NCBI RefSeq assembly: GCF_009914755.1
Contig: NC_060925.1
Length of the DNA: 64,000 bases
Origin: the human T2T-CHM13v2.0 reference genome, Homo sapiens
Reading direction: 5' to 3' (one strand)
The notes beneath the pieces were generated by a model, which saw only the letters and a program-made list of their open reading frames with translations, was not told the origin of the DNA and ran no database searches. This document shows positions 61,508-64,000 of this stretch, one piece after another (position 1 is the stretch's first letter; the number at the start of each line of letters is the position of its first letter). A program made the translations under genes and the position numbers.

Positions 61508-62077
61508 CCCCAAAAATTTTCATTTAGTATGCAAAGTACCTCTTACCTAGCCAGAAAGTATCCAGTGCTTTATTTCTCACTGGAGAGCCCAGCTTGAAGA
61601 ATTTTCACTTTATTTGGTAATCATCTTCAACCTGGTTTCATGAGACTACTCACCTACCTGGAATGTGAAGGAGAGAAGGAACTGGGAGCCCAGATTAGTC
61701 AATTAAGTAAGCCATATCAGCCTTCCTGCTATAGTCAGTGAGAAAACACATTACTGTTAGATCACCCTTCTTAGAGCTGGAGCTCTTAGGAAGTAAGAGA
61801 CAACATGACCTAGAAACAGGAGGTAGCTTATTGTGCAAGTCACTGAGGAAGAGGTCATTTTTCAGAGAATTGAACAAGTTCCCTTTTAATAGTTGAAGCA
61901 ATTAGGCCTCAAAAAAGTTAACTGTACACCACAAATAAACATTAGAATAAGAATTGGCCCATGTTTGTTTGACACAAAAGTCCTTTTTTTCCTGTTTTTC
62001 CATGCCATCTCTACTTTCTACCCCTGTTAAATATGAGATGAGATCCGTAAATGAGATAAATAAAGAATTTTATCAAC

Positions 62078-63165
<1,088 letters not shown>

Positions 63166-63509
63166 TAAGGTTGACAGACCAGTATCAATTTTGCAGTTTC
63201 AACTTTTTGAATTTTAATATTTTCTTTGTAGCCAACTTTCATAAATGTTCTTTGGGTTTTTGAAAAGAATGATTATTCTCTGGTTTGGAGTTTGGAAGTT
63301 CCATATGTATCTATTAAATCAAGTTTGCTAGTTATATTATTCAAATCTTCTGTATTATACTTTAATTTGTCTACTTGACCTCTCCATGATTATGCATTTT
63401 TAGTTACTTTTTGTTGTTTTGAATAGTTTGTTTGTATATTTCAGTAATGTCTTTGTCATAGAAAGATACACTACATATAAGCTTGGTGGATTACATTTTT
63501 TATATATAA

Positions 63510-63866
<357 letters not shown>

Positions 63867-64000
63867 AAATTCTTTATTTTACTACTGCCACTCCTGTTTT
63901 TAACATCTGCCTGTTATTTCTTTGCTCTCTGTGTTTGTAACCTTTTTGTCTCAGTTTAAGTGTATTTCTTATAAACTTGAGAAAGCTTGATAATATTTTA

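Overview
Primate (almost certainly human, chr1p34.3 by recall) genomic DNA from inside the Argonaute-3 gene (AGO3/EIF2C3), + strand. Ten coding exons with GT-AG boundaries (261-397, 31228-31362, 35577-35664, 35784-35931, 36362-36481, 40516-40638, 40801-40934, 53988-54172, 61046-61205, 63048-63138; 1321 nt; exons 5-14 by recalled numbering) splice into one open frame. It covers L1, PAZ, L2, MID and the start of PIWI, including the catalytic GADVTH Asp. The rest is intron: about 65 Alu/FLAM/FAM copies, old L1/L2/MIR, MLT1 and MER21 LTRs, DNA-transposon relics and a two-LTR MER57-type provirus (42743-50638, antisense). Nearly all ORF-track entries are repeat artefacts. Most interesting: (1) a repeat-free block in intron 6 with a candidate 140-nt poison/terminal exon, an 18-bp stem over its branch-point region and a downstream G-quadruplex; (2) exon 10 begins GTAAGA and rebuilds a 5' splice site after splicing; (3) L2-derived stop/terminal exons in intron 5; (4) a twin-primed, 5'-inverted Alu and two tiny poly(A)-tailed retrocopies. 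Repeat subfamily names and boundaries are by eye and approximate. No prokaryotic-type system (CRISPR etc.) is present.
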